Below, piece by piece: positions 63,722 through 64,000 of a stretch of DNA of 64,000 nucleotides; position 1 is the first letter of the stretch; every line of letters starts with the position of its first letter. Below the pieces are notes generated by a model, which saw only the letters and a list, made by a program, of their open reading frames with translations, had not been told where the DNA came from and searched no databases. The translations under genes and the position numbers were made by a program. Location of the stretch: positions 5,102 through 69,101 of the forward strand of contig JAJZPG010000014.1 of the NCBI GenBank assembly GCA_021811235.1, given 5' to 3'. Origin of the DNA: Pseudomonadota bacterium. Its GTDB lineage: Bacteria > Pseudomonadota > Gammaproteobacteria > Burkholderiales > Thiobacillaceae.

Positions 63722-64000
63722 AGCTGCACAGTCTGATTGCCCTCACCTTCCTCGCCGCAACCGCGCTGCCGGCTGCCGCGCAGACCGTTCCCGACGCCGG
63801 ACTGCGCGCCGAAATGCAGGGCCAGTGGGCCGACGCGGTGGAAGTCTACAAACAGGCGCTGAAGGCCAACCCGGCGCAGGCCCACCTGTGGGAACGCATC
63901 GCCGACATCCGCGCCACGCAACTGAAGGATCCCGCCCGTGCTGCCGACGCCCTGCACGAGGCAGTGAAATACGCCCCCATGGATGCCCGCCTGCACCACA
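63718..64000 (+). CDS. Secreted TPR-repeat protein, N-terminal part (runs off the window end)
   Basis: MKLHSLIALTFLAATALPAAAQ signal peptide; A...YKQALKANPAQAHLWERIA and A..AL.EAVKYAP.DARLH TPR patterns; ATGA overlap with the GT2 gene. Confidence 0.8.
   Translation, partial: MKLHSLIALTFLAATALPAAAQTVPDAGLRAEMQGQWADAVEVYKQALKANPAQAHLWERIADIRATQLKDPARAADALHEAVKYAPMDARLHH

Overview
A GC-rich betaproteobacterial chromosome segment, most like a Thiobacillus-type chemolithotrophic sulfur oxidiser (inferred from the gene set: fccAB, rnf/rsx, a PEP-CTERM protein, ccoIS and the glycogen cluster). It is mostly core genome. In order: hrpA (partial), rnfABCDGE-nth, a c-di-GMP/protein-acetylation block, two monoheme cytochromes with a SulP permease, nadK-recN, hrcA-hemH, fccAB, folA/thyA, aat-bpt, ccoIS, an ABC transporter, pcnB-folK-panBCD, and pgi-glk-glgC-GH57-malQ-glgB-glgA-glgP. 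The window ends with an epimerase-GT2-TPR operon that runs off the edge. I saw no rRNA, tRNA, CRISPR array, transposase or integrase. The strongest leads are: (1) an AT-rich 868-bp insert bounded by an exact 9-bp duplication (GGCCATGAG) that splits the ABC operon and encodes a protein with a HEPN-like R-x5-H motif; (2) a candidate synthase-dependent exopolysaccharide system whose GT2 has QIYLW instead of QxxRW, preceded by a sigma54-type site and a 12-mer also found upstream of the PEP-CTERM gene; (3) a repeated-hairpin leader upstream of fccAB; (4) three families of small palindromic repeats, two of them translated inside proteins (HrpA, cyclophilin) and one lying between the divergent nadK/hrcA -10 boxes. 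All functional calls come from motif recognition by eye; no database searches were run.
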